Shown: piece by piece, positions 24,139 to 32,634 of the stretch | How positions within the stretch are numbered: position 1 is the first letter of the stretch | Layout: each line of letters starts with the position of its first letter | NCBI GenBank assembly: GCA_049294275.1 | Contig: JBAQCQ010000086.1 | Location: 34,160-98,159 of the forward strand | Direction of reading: 5' to 3' | DNA from: Bacteroidales bacterium | GTDB taxonomy: Bacteria > Bacteroidota > Bacteroidia > Bacteroidales > VadinHA17 | DNA: 64,000 bases | Position numbers and translations under genes: made by a program | The notes under the pieces: model-generated | The model's input: the letters and a program-made list of their open reading frames with translations, nothing else | The model's database searches: none | Told to the model about the DNA's origin: nothing

Positions 24139-25794
24139 TTAATTCCAGAAATAGGCATAGAATGCCAGTATCACGGCAATTATTAAGCCGGAAGCGATCA
24201 CATCCCACTTATTCCAGCTGGCACGGGTGAGAGCTTTTTGCTCAGCTGAGGCAGACCCGAGATAAAGCCCGGCGATCTTCTTCTCATCAATCCGCGGGGT
24301 GAAGATACTGACAATTATCATCGTGACAATGACTATTGCAAAGTTGACGATCTCGTAATGCAGCCAGTTTGTTCCTACAAAAATCTGATATACCGAACCG
24401 TCCGCGTCAAGAAATCCTTTGAAAACGGTAGCGAGCAGGCGGGCCATGCCGATGGTGAAACCTGTCAGAAGGCCTGCGAGGCCGGCAGCAGGGGTCACTT
24501 TCTTTGAAAGGATACCAAGAAGGAAAGCTCCGGCGATGCCCGGAGCAAGCAGGGACTGGACATCCTGAAGGTATGCATAGAGCACCTTCCCTATGCCTTT
24601 CATGACAGGTATCCAGAGGATCCCCAGTATGACCACAACCACAGTGGCTATCCGTCCTACCCTGACTAGCTCAGCCTCGGGTGCATTTGGCTTGTATTTC
24701 TGGTAAAAGTCGATGGTAAAGAGTGTTGCCGATGAGTTGAAGAGAGACGCGAGGGAACTCATAAGGGCAGCAAGAATTCCGCCAACGACAAGCCCTTTAA
24801 ATCCCATGGGCAGCAGTTCCTTCACAAGTGTCGAGAATGCCGAGTCTGAACTCGTAAGATGAATTACACCCTGCTGGTTGAGAGCATAGGCTATCATACC
24901 TGGAATAAGGAAAATAAATACGGGCGACAGTTTCAGGAAACCACCGAAAATGGCACCGCGGCGTGACTGCGTCTGGTCGCGCCCTGACAGCACACGCTGA
25001 ACAATGTACTGGTCTGTGCACCAGTACCAGAAACCGATGATGGCGGACCCCAGAAGCACTCCGGTCCAGGGGTAGACCGGATCCTTGGGCGACCTGATGA
25101 GCTGCGTCATGGTGTCACCGAATTCATTGACGGGTACGGCACGGCAGATATGCATCAGTTCGTCCCATCCGCCCACTTTTATGAGCCCTGCTATCAGCAC
25201 CGCAATAGACCCGAGCAGCAGGATGGGGGTCTGCAGGACTGAAGTCCAGAGAACGGCCTTCATGCCTCCCAGGGCAGTGTATATACCGGTTACCACGACC
25301 AGCCCTATGGCGCTGATCCAGAAGAAATCAATGCCCCAGACCGATTCAATCCCGAAGACATCTTTGAAAACAACTCCTCCTGCATATACGGTGACAGCAA
25401 CCTTGGTCAGGACATAACTCACGAGGGAGATTATTGAGAGCACTGACCTGGATGCCTTATTATACCTTCTCTCGAGGAACTCGGGCATTGTGAAGACACC
25501 GCTTCGTGCGTAGAAGGGTACAAACAGCCATCCGAGGAGCAGGATCAGCCATCCGTGCATCTCCCAGTGTGCCATTGCCATCCCTGATGATGCACCGGCG
25601 CCGGCCAGACCCACGAGGTGCTCAGATCCGATGTTCGATGCAAAGATAGAGGCGCCGATTGCCACCCAGGTGGCATCACGTCCGGCAAGAAAGTAGTCGG
25701 TAGAGGTCTTATTCTTTGATCGGACGGAAAAAATAATAAATACGATCAGCGTGAGGACAAACGCCCCCAGTACGATCCAGTCAAGTACTTGCAT
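24139..25794 (-). CDS. Sodium:solute symporter (SGLT/SSS family), probable arabinose/pentose uptake
   Basis: 551 aa and polytopic. SSS motifs are YFLAGRDATWVAIGASIFASNIGSEHLVGLAG and TMPEFLERRY. It is the first gene of the ara operon. Confidence 0.88.
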   Translation of the reverse strand: MQVLDWIVLGAFVLTLIVFIIFSVRSKNKTSTDYFLAGRDATWVAIGASIFASNIGSEHLVGLAGAGASSGMAMAHWEMHGWLILLLGWLFVPFYARSGVFTMPEFLERRYNKASRSVLSIISLVSYVLTKVAVTVYAGGVVFKDVFGIESVWGIDFFWISAIGLVVVTGIYTALGGMKAVLWTSVLQTPILLLGSIAVLIAGLIKVGGWDELMHICRAVPVNEFGDTMTQLIRSPKDPVYPWTGVLLGSAIIGFWYWCTDQYIVQRVLSGRDQTQSRRGAIFGGFLKLSPVFIFLIPGMIAYALNQQGVIHLTSSDSAFSTLVKELLPMGFKGLVVGGILAALMSSLASLFNSSATLFTIDFYQKYKPNAPEAELVRVGRIATVVVVILGILWIPVMKGIGKVLYAYLQDVQSLLAPGIAGAFLLGILSKKVTPAAGLAGLLTGFTIGMARLLATVFKGFLDADGSVYQIFVGTNWLHYEIVNFAIVIVTMIIVSIFTPRIDEKKIAGLYLGSASAEQKALTRASWNKWDVIASGLIIAVILAFYAYFWN

Positions 25795-25876
25795 GATTTT
25801 TTCGTGTTAGGTTAAATATTGAATGTCTGTTACCTTCTACAATACTTGATTCTCTACGAGCAACCACCACTATTGG

Positions 25877-25899
25877 CTACTGCCTAATCCCTACTGCCT
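25877..25899. promoter_or_regulatory. Direct repeat CTACTGCCT x2 (14-bp register) upstream of the ara operon; candidate operator
   Basis: CTACTGCCT occurs at 25877-25885 and 25891-25899, 83-117 bp upstream of the symporter ATG (25794). An AT-rich near-palindrome TGTAATATATACA lies at about 25937-25949. Confidence 0.25.
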
Positions 25900-26091
25900 G
25901 TTGTGCAAGTTATATAATTATTTAAATGTAATATATACACTTTTTGTAAAATATTTTAAAAAAAACAATTCTTTCATCTGTTCTTCATGTTTGAATGAAT
26001 AATTTTGCTGTGTATCAGTCCGATAATAAGAAGAGAGGTCTGACTGAAAAAAAAACGAAAAGATCTTCGGTCAGATAAAACCGGATAAATT

Positions 26092-26559
26092 ATGCATACG
26101 ATTAAAAAGATATTGCTGACGATGACCGGTATTCTGGTCATCTCCGGTGTCATAAATGGACAGGAGGCGAAGGTAAAGCCTGACTCGGCCACAGTAAGAA
26201 CCCGGGAGAGGGAGCAGCAGGCACAGGAGCAGAACCCGAACAGGGAGCAGGCTCAGAACCAGGGTCAGGAGCAAAACCAGGCACAGGATGGGAAACAGAA
26301 CCAGGGTCAGGAACAGGCTCAGAGCCAAAGCGGAAAACAGAACCAGGACCAGGGGCAGAATCAGGCGATGACGACCGGTCAGGCAAAGACCCAGAACCAG
26401 GGCACGGGTGCATCAGGCGTTAAGAAGGTGCAGAGCGCCAGGCCCGACTGGAGCAAGTCCCGCGGAGCACGCCCCGCCTCTGTTGAGCGTCCTTCAGGAT
26501 CCAGGATACCCAAGGGCGCCGGAAAGCCCGGTGCTGCAAAGGGTCCGGGAAGAAGGTAA
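26092..26559 (+). CDS. Secreted Gln/Asn/Glu-rich low-complexity protein with a basic Pro/Gly/Lys tail (paralog of 29555..29965)
   Basis: 155 aa. The signal peptide is MHTIKKILLTMTGILVISGVINGQ. A stretch of about 70 aa of QEQNQAQ-type repeats follows. The tail is RPDWSKSRGARPASVERPSGSRIPKGAGKPGAAKGPGRR. Codon-periodic DNA repeats support the coding frame. Confidence 0.6.
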   Translation: MHTIKKILLTMTGILVISGVINGQEAKVKPDSATVRTREREQQAQEQNPNREQAQNQGQEQNQAQDGKQNQGQEQAQSQSGKQNQDQGQNQAMTTGQAKTQNQGTGASGVKKVQSARPDWSKSRGARPASVERPSGSRIPKGAGKPGAAKGPGRR

Positions 26560-26582
26560 AGACATTAAAAACGGACACTGTA

Positions 26583-27461
26583 ATGGAGAGGGTAGCATTG
26601 ACGACTGTGATTGCCTGCGGAATTATGTTGCAGGCTTTCATTATTAATGCACCGGCGCAGCCATCAATAAACGCCCAACTTGACACTTCAACTGTTGCAG
26701 ACAGGAATCCCGTACATTCATTTTATGCCGGGGCCGGTTACGGAAGCAACATGGTTTACCTCGGTACGACCATGTCACAGGATCACGGTTTTGGGTACAC
26801 ATCATTCTCCTACGGGCTTAAGGATAAACTATATCTCACCGCCACTGGTTACACCATTGGCGGTTTCTCTCCATTCGTGGCTTTCTCCAGCGTCGGTCTG
26901 AGCTTCAACCATCCATTTAACTCATGGTTCGACATTAGCGCCGGCCTTTCGCGGTACATTGTGGCGGAATCGCTCAGGGACACACTCTTCAGCAATTTCA
27001 CCTATGCTGATGCCACCCTTGGATTCGACTGGAGGATACTGTACTCTAAGGTTTCCCTGGGAGGACTCTTTGCTGACGGCGGCCAGTTCTACCTGCAAAC
27101 AAGACATTCAAGATACTTCGAGACACCATCATTTGCCGGTGACAAGGCATTCTTCTCCTTTGATCCGTACGTCAATGTTCTATTCGGGAAAATGATCAGC
27201 ATTGAAACCACGGAAGGCACGACCACGACAGTATCACCCGGATACAGACATTGGAAAAACCGTAATCCGGGATCGTCAACAACCTATACTGAAACCTTTG
27301 GCCCTATGGAGATCGACTTCGGACTGCCCATAGCCTTCAGTTATGATTTCTTTACCATCGAGATAGAACCCGGCTATATTCTGCCCTTCTATACAGATAC
27401 CGGGACGACCGGCATGAAAGGTTTTCTGTTTATGGCCAGCGCCTTCTTCAGGATTTTTTAA
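26583..27461 (+). CDS. Putative outer-membrane beta-barrel protein (family unknown)
   Basis: 292 aa with a signal-like N-terminus ending APAQ. Aromatic/Gly-rich strands alternate (FYAGAGYGSNMVYLG, GFGYTSFSYGL). The C-terminus ends in Phe (FMASAFFRIF), as in OMP sorting signals. Confidence 0.55.
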   Translation: MERVALTTVIACGIMLQAFIINAPAQPSINAQLDTSTVADRNPVHSFYAGAGYGSNMVYLGTTMSQDHGFGYTSFSYGLKDKLYLTATGYTIGGFSPFVAFSSVGLSFNHPFNSWFDISAGLSRYIVAESLRDTLFSNFTYADATLGFDWRILYSKVSLGGLFADGGQFYLQTRHSRYFETPSFAGDKAFFSFDPYVNVLFGKMISIETTEGTTTTVSPGYRHWKNRNPGSSTTYTETFGPMEIDFGLPIAFSYDFFTIEIEPGYILPFYTDTGTTGMKGFLFMASAFFRIF

Positions 27462-27470
27462 CTTTGGGTA

Positions 27471-28151
27471 ATGAACGTCCTGATTGTTGAAGACGAAAGG
27501 AGCCTCGCGAATGAGATAGCATCCTATCTGAAGAAGGAAAACTTTCTTTGTGACGTGGCTTATTCCGGTAATGATGCATCAGAAAAGATCTCCGTCAACC
27601 TCTACGATTTTGTCCTTCTCGACCTGGGTCTTCCCGATTATGACGGGCTTGATCTGATAAAGGAAGCACGGATTAACAACATCGAGGTCTCATTTATCAT
27701 TATCACTGCCCGCGGTGCCGTTGAAGACAGGGTCAGGGGGCTGGACCTGGGCGCAGATGACTACCTGTCAAAACCCTTTGCCCTGGTTGAACTTCATTCA
27801 CGGATAATGGCAGTGGCAAGAAGAAAGTTCCAGATTACCTCTCCCGACATAAACCTGGGTGAATTTGTCATGGAGATACAGGCCCGGAGGCTGACACATA
27901 GCGGCCGGGAGGTAGAGATCACAAGAAAAGAATTCGATCTTCTGCATTATCTTGTTATCAATCAGAACAAGGTACTGGCCCGCCACCAGCTATATGAACA
28001 CATCTGGGGTAACACCCTTGATGACCAGTACGACAGCAATTTCATCGACGTTCATATCAAGAATTTACGTAAGAAACTTAATGCCCACGCACCCTCTCCC
28101 TGGCTCGAGACAGTCAGGGGCGTTGGTTACAGGGTAAGCACTGACAGGTAA
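27471..28151 (+). CDS. OmpR/PhoB-family response regulator
   Basis: 226 aa. The receiver domain reads MNVLIVEDE...DFVLLDLGLPDYDG...KPF. The winged-helix domain reads LTRKEFDLLHYL...VHIKNLRKKL...TVRGVGYRV. Confidence 0.93.
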   Translation: MNVLIVEDERSLANEIASYLKKENFLCDVAYSGNDASEKISVNLYDFVLLDLGLPDYDGLDLIKEARINNIEVSFIIITARGAVEDRVRGLDLGADDYLSKPFALVELHSRIMAVARRKFQITSPDINLGEFVMEIQARRLTHSGREVEITRKEFDLLHYLVINQNKVLARHQLYEHIWGNTLDDQYDSNFIDVHIKNLRKKLNAHAPSPWLETVRGVGYRVSTDR

Positions 28152-28166
28152 CGTGAATCAAGGAGC

Positions 28167-29492
28167 ATGATGAAATTACAGACAAAACTTGCCCTCTTCA
28201 ACCTGCTCTCAAAACTGGTCTTCTCTGCACTTTTCATCGGTTTCCTGCCCCTTATCATCGAACGGATAAACACGCGCCAGACTGACAATGAGCTGATAAA
28301 CAAGAGGGAAGAGGTCATTGATCTGATCACCCGGGTGGGAATAGAGCCATTCATCACTGCCGAATCAGAGAACGGCTTCGGCAGTTACAATATATTAAAG
28401 GAGGAATTTATCAGTCTGGAGCGGATTGACCTGTCAGAGGACTGGAACTATATCGAAGTAACGCAGAGACTCATTGATGACGAAGCCATTGTCTACCGTG
28501 TTCTCAACTATTCCTTTAAGATTGATGGCCAGACCTATCTTCTTGAGATAGGGAAAAGCCTGTCGAGCATTACCTATGGGGCAAGAAATATCAGAAGTGT
28601 CATCCTGATCTTTCTTGCGATATTCATTTTGACCACCCTCCTCTCCGACCTCTTCTATACAGCACGCATACTCCGGCCACTCAGGATCATAACCGGGAGG
28701 CTTAAAGAGTCCTCATCGTCTTCACTCCTCACAACAGGTCCGGTAATAACCTCAACGGAGGACTTTATTCAGCTTGACCATACCCTGAGGGAGCTGATGA
28801 GAAAAATCGAGGATCTTTTCCGGAAGGAGAAGGAAATTACCGTGAACATCTCCCACGAGCTTATGACTCCCGTTTCCGTCCTCCGGAGCAAACTCGAAAA
28901 CATGCTCCTCCAGGATAATATTGATCCTGTTATTGAAGCAGGGTTAGAGGAGTCACTCAGGACACTGCACCGGCTGAAGACCCTGGTAAACTCACTGCTG
29001 ATGATAGCGCGTATTGAGAGCAGGCAGTATCTCAGAGAGGATACGGTAGAACTGGAATCACTGCTGAACGAGGTCGTGGAAGAACTGAGGCCAATAGCTG
29101 AAGATTCGGGCGTGATCATTTCCCTGGACTGCGGAAGCAACTTTGCTTTCAGAAACGCAAACAGGTCCCTGATATTCTCAATGTTCTACAATGTGGTGAA
29201 CAATGCAGTTAAGAATACTCCCGAAACCGGAAGAATAGATATAAGCGGGAAGGAAAGCGAGGGAAGGTATAAAGTCTCAGTCTCTGATACCGGCAGGGGC
29301 ATGTCAAAAGAGCAGATTGACAGGCTCTTTTCGCGATTCAGCACCAGGTTTGATCCGGCAGGCGACAGCACCGGAATCGGGCTCGCCATCACAAAATCAA
29401 TAGCAGATTTTCATGACATCGCCGTAAGGGTGTTGTCTGAACCCGGAAAAGGCACGCAATTTATTTTCTTTTTCCCCGTAAATTCATTATAG
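28167..29492 (+). CDS. Sensor histidine kinase (2 TM, about 120-aa periplasmic loop, HisKA+HATPase_c)
   Basis: 441 aa. The boxes are H box NISHELMTPVSVL, N box NVVNNAVKNT, G1 VSDTGRGM and G2 GIGLAI. It lies 15 bp after the response regulator gene. Confidence 0.92.
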   Translation: MMKLQTKLALFNLLSKLVFSALFIGFLPLIIERINTRQTDNELINKREEVIDLITRVGIEPFITAESENGFGSYNILKEEFISLERIDLSEDWNYIEVTQRLIDDEAIVYRVLNYSFKIDGQTYLLEIGKSLSSITYGARNIRSVILIFLAIFILTTLLSDLFYTARILRPLRIITGRLKESSSSSLLTTGPVITSTEDFIQLDHTLRELMRKIEDLFRKEKEITVNISHELMTPVSVLRSKLENMLLQDNIDPVIEAGLEESLRTLHRLKTLVNSLLMIARIESRQYLREDTVELESLLNEVVEELRPIAEDSGVIISLDCGSNFAFRNANRSLIFSMFYNVVNNAVKNTPETGRIDISGKESEGRYKVSVSDTGRGMSKEQIDRLFSRFSTRFDPAGDSTGIGLAITKSIADFHDIAVRVLSEPGKGTQFIFFFPVNSL

Positions 29493-29554
29493 CTTCATTT
29501 TCACGGGGTTATTTTTGATCTGTTATTTGATAATAAACCAAAAACAGTACCAGA

Positions 29555-29965
29555 ATGAAAAAGGAAATTCTTTTGGGCGCAATAGCACTTCTTTTAAGTG
29601 CCGGCGTTATGGCACAGACCTCAGAACCTGTCCAGACACAGTCAAAAACCAGGAAACAGCTCAGGATTGAAGCCAGGGAACAGGCCAGAGTTCAGGATCA
29701 GACACAGAGCGGTGATCCGATCATGACTCAGACCCAGACCAGGACTCAGAATCATGGAGAGGTTGTAAGTGAGACAGCAAAACAGGCTCAGACCCAGACC
29801 GAAGGAGGTGTTGGTGAGGTGGTCAGGGAGCAGGCCAGAATGAAGGGTGAGCCCCGGAAAGCAATGAAGCAGGCCAATAAAGCTAACAAGAACAAGGGTG
29901 CAGCAAAGAGTGTCAGGACAAACCGTCCTGCAACCGGCAAGGGAACCGGCACGGGCAGAAAGTAA
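29555..29965 (+). CDS. Secreted Gln/Thr-rich low-complexity protein with a basic tail (paralog of 26092..26559)
   Basis: 136 aa. The signal peptide is MKKEILLGAIALLLSAGVMAQ. A Q/T/E-rich region follows (REQARVQDQTQSGDPIMTQTQTRTQNHGEVVSETAKQAQTQTEGG). The tail is RTNRPATGKGTGTGRK. Confidence 0.6.
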   Translation: MKKEILLGAIALLLSAGVMAQTSEPVQTQSKTRKQLRIEAREQARVQDQTQSGDPIMTQTQTRTQNHGEVVSETAKQAQTQTEGGVGEVVREQARMKGEPRKAMKQANKANKNKGAAKSVRTNRPATGKGTGTGRK

Positions 29966-29984
29966 ACAATACGAAAAGGCTGAG

Positions 29985-30016
29985 AAAAAAACCGGCGGAG
30001 AGATCTGCCGGTTTTT
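29985..30016. terminator. Bidirectional intrinsic terminator between convergent genes
   Basis: AAAAACCGGC (29987-29996) and GCCGGTTTTT (30007-30016) form a perfect 10-bp stem with a 10-nt loop. An A-run lies on one side and a T-run on the other. It sits between the stops at 29965 (+) and 30023 (-). Confidence 0.85.
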
Positions 30017-30022
30017 ATATTT

Positions 30023-31237
30023 TCACTTTATAATGAGGCCCATGGGAACACGCAGGAATTGAGCCCTGTATGCTTCGACATCCTCAAAGATATCCCTCAC
30101 ATCCAGAGAATTGACACAGTAGGTGACCAGCAGCCGGTCATCATCAATGTACTGACCGTGAGCAAGGGCATTGTAGGTGATGATATGGTTATCCGGATCA
30201 GAATCCGCCTCCGGGGCATGGTAGATGAACCTTTTATTATGAAAATCCTTATGCGGAAAATCTGAGATGTAAGTGTAAATATCATCTCCTGCCCTTTCCT
30301 GTGAAAGCAGGATATACTTGTCCCCGTACCTGAAGACACTGAACTGCTCCGACACGGAGATGTCAATATCGAGTGGTGCCGACCTGCTGATATCCTTATC
30401 CCACTCTTTCCCTGTAAAAAATTCCCAGCCCCGGTAAAAGTCAGCACTTTGCATGGAGACACGGGCAACGTGGATCTCCGAATGACCGGGATTGTTTCTC
30501 GTGCCGTAGATATAGAGGTAGCCACCGTCTGCCATGACACAGTTCCCGAAGTCGATCAGGCTGACAGGATAGTTGATCTCAACCCTGTGGGTCTCAAGAT
30601 GACTGAAACCGGGGAAGGTAAAAGACAGGAGATCAATATGGGAGATGGCGAAGGTAAATATGTTCTTCACCACCGTGTCAGCCGGCCGGTCGTTTTCACT
30701 GTCGTAAAAAGCCTGAATAGCGGCTGTGTCAGGCACATTTATAAGGCTGAGGGCAAAGACATGAACGGTATCGTTCTTCACAAAGCCGTGGCCGGGCCAG
30801 TACCAGCGGTAAGTCGAATCGCCGGGTTCATTTACCGGCTCCATCAATGTTTGCGGCCTCGCCCAGGTACCCCTGTATATCGGTCTCACAAGGGTCCTGT
30901 TACTGTCAATCAACACGAAAGCATTGCGCAACATCGTGGTCAACGTGTCCCTGGTACCGTTCACCACCTCGCCAAGAAAACAGTCGCCCAGCATGAAGAG
31001 TGACGATCCATCGGGCATCAGAACGGAGAAGAGGCCGTCAGCTCCTGTGATGCCTCCGGAATCAGAGTAGAAGAGTGAGCGAAAATCCTCATCAGCGGTG
31101 ACATGACCCGTTGTCGTTCGTCCCGGCTTGCAGGCTGATATCAGAAGAGCCAGAGATATACAAAACGCCAAGGATGCTTTCAGACTGGCTGTTCTGTTGC
31201 TGATAGTTCTTATTTTGAAGTTTCTGTTCTCTTTCAT
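30023..31237 (-). CDS. Lipoprotein, beta-propeller-like putative glycoside hydrolase (DUF4185-like by memory); paralog A
   Basis: 404 aa with lipobox LLISACK. It shares blocks with 31285..32619 and 35608..37008: GADGLFSVLMPDGSSLFMLGDCFLGEV, YRWYWPGHGF, GGYLYIYG, GWEFFTGKEWDKD, YNALAHGQY...LLVTYCVNS and YRAQFLRV. Confidence 0.55.
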   Translation of the reverse strand: MKENRNFKIRTISNRTASLKASLAFCISLALLISACKPGRTTTGHVTADEDFRSLFYSDSGGITGADGLFSVLMPDGSSLFMLGDCFLGEVVNGTRDTLTTMLRNAFVLIDSNRTLVRPIYRGTWARPQTLMEPVNEPGDSTYRWYWPGHGFVKNDTVHVFALSLINVPDTAAIQAFYDSENDRPADTVVKNIFTFAISHIDLLSFTFPGFSHLETHRVEINYPVSLIDFGNCVMADGGYLYIYGTRNNPGHSEIHVARVSMQSADFYRGWEFFTGKEWDKDISRSAPLDIDISVSEQFSVFRYGDKYILLSQERAGDDIYTYISDFPHKDFHNKRFIYHAPEADSDPDNHIITYNALAHGQYIDDDRLLVTYCVNSLDVRDIFEDVEAYRAQFLRVPMGLIIK

Positions 31238-31284
31238 GGCATCCGGATTTTTGGATCTGTGATCATGGTTACGTAATTGACCTC

Positions 31285-32619
31285 TTACTTCTGACTGTAC
31301 CTTACTCTGATAAACCTGGGGTGGTAGATGGTTGCATCCTTTTGTATATCTTCCCAGAAATCAAGGGTGATGGTATTATAGCTCACCAGCAGCTCGCCGG
31401 GGCCTGAGAGATGATAATGAGCCTTGGCATTGTATGGGAGCAGTCCTTTCTCAGCGTATTCGGGACATGTATATACCTCGTTGATATCCCCGAACGGACC
31501 GGCAGGACTTTCACCCACGCGGATGCCGATCTTGTCGGAGATGCCCATCACGGTAAAAGTCAGCAGGAACCTTCCGTCATCCGTGGGAGTTACACTGAGT
31601 TCGTTGGACACACCATCAGTGATCGGTGCAATATTCTCAACCCCTTTCACCCAATCCTCGCCGTTCCAGAATCTCCACGCCCCGATCTTTTCAATCCTGC
31701 CCGGCTTCGTCCTTGCAGCTAGAAGGGATTTGCGTCCCTCAGCAATTCCGTAGATGTAAACATATCCGTCAGGAAAGGGGGCTCCGGCGCTTCTGGTGTT
31801 GACCAGAATTCCGCTGCCAAAATAAACCCTTCCATATTCAGGATGGACAAAGCCCAGCCCAGTTGGGAATTGCTCATAGTGTGACATATTCTCCAATGAT
31901 GGTTTTCTTATCCTGATCAGGGCAACGTTGGTGGCCTCGAAATCAAAGACATTCGGACCGGTCTTGTGTACATGGTAGGCAAAGATGTAAAGGGCGTTCC
32001 GTTTCGCCCGGTTCACGAACCCGTCGCCCAGCCAGAAGTATTCTCCCTCCCTGCTGTTCTCATTATCAGGCACGAAATATGACACCGGATTGCCGTTCCG
32101 GTCCCGGTTATATTCAAATATCACCGAATCCCTTACGGGAAGAGTGCCGCTCATCAGGGCTATTGAGTTGTTAACCATTACATTACCCGGCTGAGGGACA
32201 CCATCTTTCACCTCTCCGATATATGTGTCACTGAAAATAAAAAGCGTCTTCTTCTCCTCCGCCCTACCCTCTTCAATCCCATCAAGGGGAATTGAGAAAA
32301 TACCGTCGGCGCCGAACCATCCGGAGGTGCGCTCCATAAGGGCGGTCCATTCAGGTGCCGGCTCAGCGGTGAAGGTGAGCGGCTTCAGGGGTTGGGATAT
32401 GCTTCTGCCGTTGTTGGCACCAGGTTCAGTTCCGCATCCACCTGTGATCAACAAGATCAGCAGGGCAATCAGCTCCCTTGTTCCTGTGACCAGCAGATAA
32501 AAGAACCCCCCTTTTCCCGTGATTGGCTGGGCAAAAATCTCCCGTTTTCTCATGACCGGCAGTGAAAATATCCTACCTGTTCTCGTGACCGGCGGTGCAA
32601 TATTCTCCTTCATTCTCAT
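31285..32619 (-). CDS. Lipoprotein, same beta-propeller-like family; paralog B (N-terminal region made of 11-aa repeats)
   Basis: 444 aa with lipobox LITGGCG. Shared blocks are GADGIFSIPLDG...LFIFSDTYIGEV, EYFWLGDGF, DGYVYIYG, AWRFWNGEDWVKG, YNAKAHYHL...LLVSYNTIT and YHPRFIRV. The start is ambiguous (32619 or the MRKRE Met at 32553). Confidence 0.55.
   Translation of the reverse strand: MRMKENIAPPVTRTGRIFSLPVMRKREIFAQPITGKGGFFYLLVTGTRELIALLILLITGGCGTEPGANNGRSISQPLKPLTFTAEPAPEWTALMERTSGWFGADGIFSIPLDGIEEGRAEEKKTLFIFSDTYIGEVKDGVPQPGNVMVNNSIALMSGTLPVRDSVIFEYNRDRNGNPVSYFVPDNENSREGEYFWLGDGFVNRAKRNALYIFAYHVHKTGPNVFDFEATNVALIRIRKPSLENMSHYEQFPTGLGFVHPEYGRVYFGSGILVNTRSAGAPFPDGYVYIYGIAEGRKSLLAARTKPGRIEKIGAWRFWNGEDWVKGVENIAPITDGVSNELSVTPTDDGRFLLTFTVMGISDKIGIRVGESPAGPFGDINEVYTCPEYAEKGLLPYNAKAHYHLSGPGELLVSYNTITLDFWEDIQKDATIYHPRFIRVRYSQK
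32461..32592. repeat. Four tandem imperfect 33-bp repeats at the 5' end of paralog B
   Basis: The units are 32461-32493, 32494-32526, 32527-32559 and 32560-32592. Each ends in (G/A)TGA(C/T)(C/T)(A/G)G, and the GTGACC-like cores are spaced exactly 33 bp apart. U3 versus U4 is 23/33 identical. They are translated as PVTRTGRIFSL/PVMRKREIFAQ/PITGKGGFFYL/LVTGTRELIAL. Confidence 0.8.
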
Positions 32620-32634
32620 TATCTGCTATTTAGA

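Noticed and set aside
26071-26413. Two overlapping minus-strand ORFs (85 and 87 aa) opposite the Q-rich gene
   Set aside because: They are kept open by the triplet periodicity of the CAG/GAG/AAC repeats. The plus-strand frame has a proper signal peptide and a paralog at 29555, so I take it as the coding one.
32461-32592. The 33-bp tandem repeats as a possible CRISPR array
   Set aside because: There are only four directly abutting, imperfect units with no unique spacers and no cas genes. They are in frame with a lipoprotein gene.
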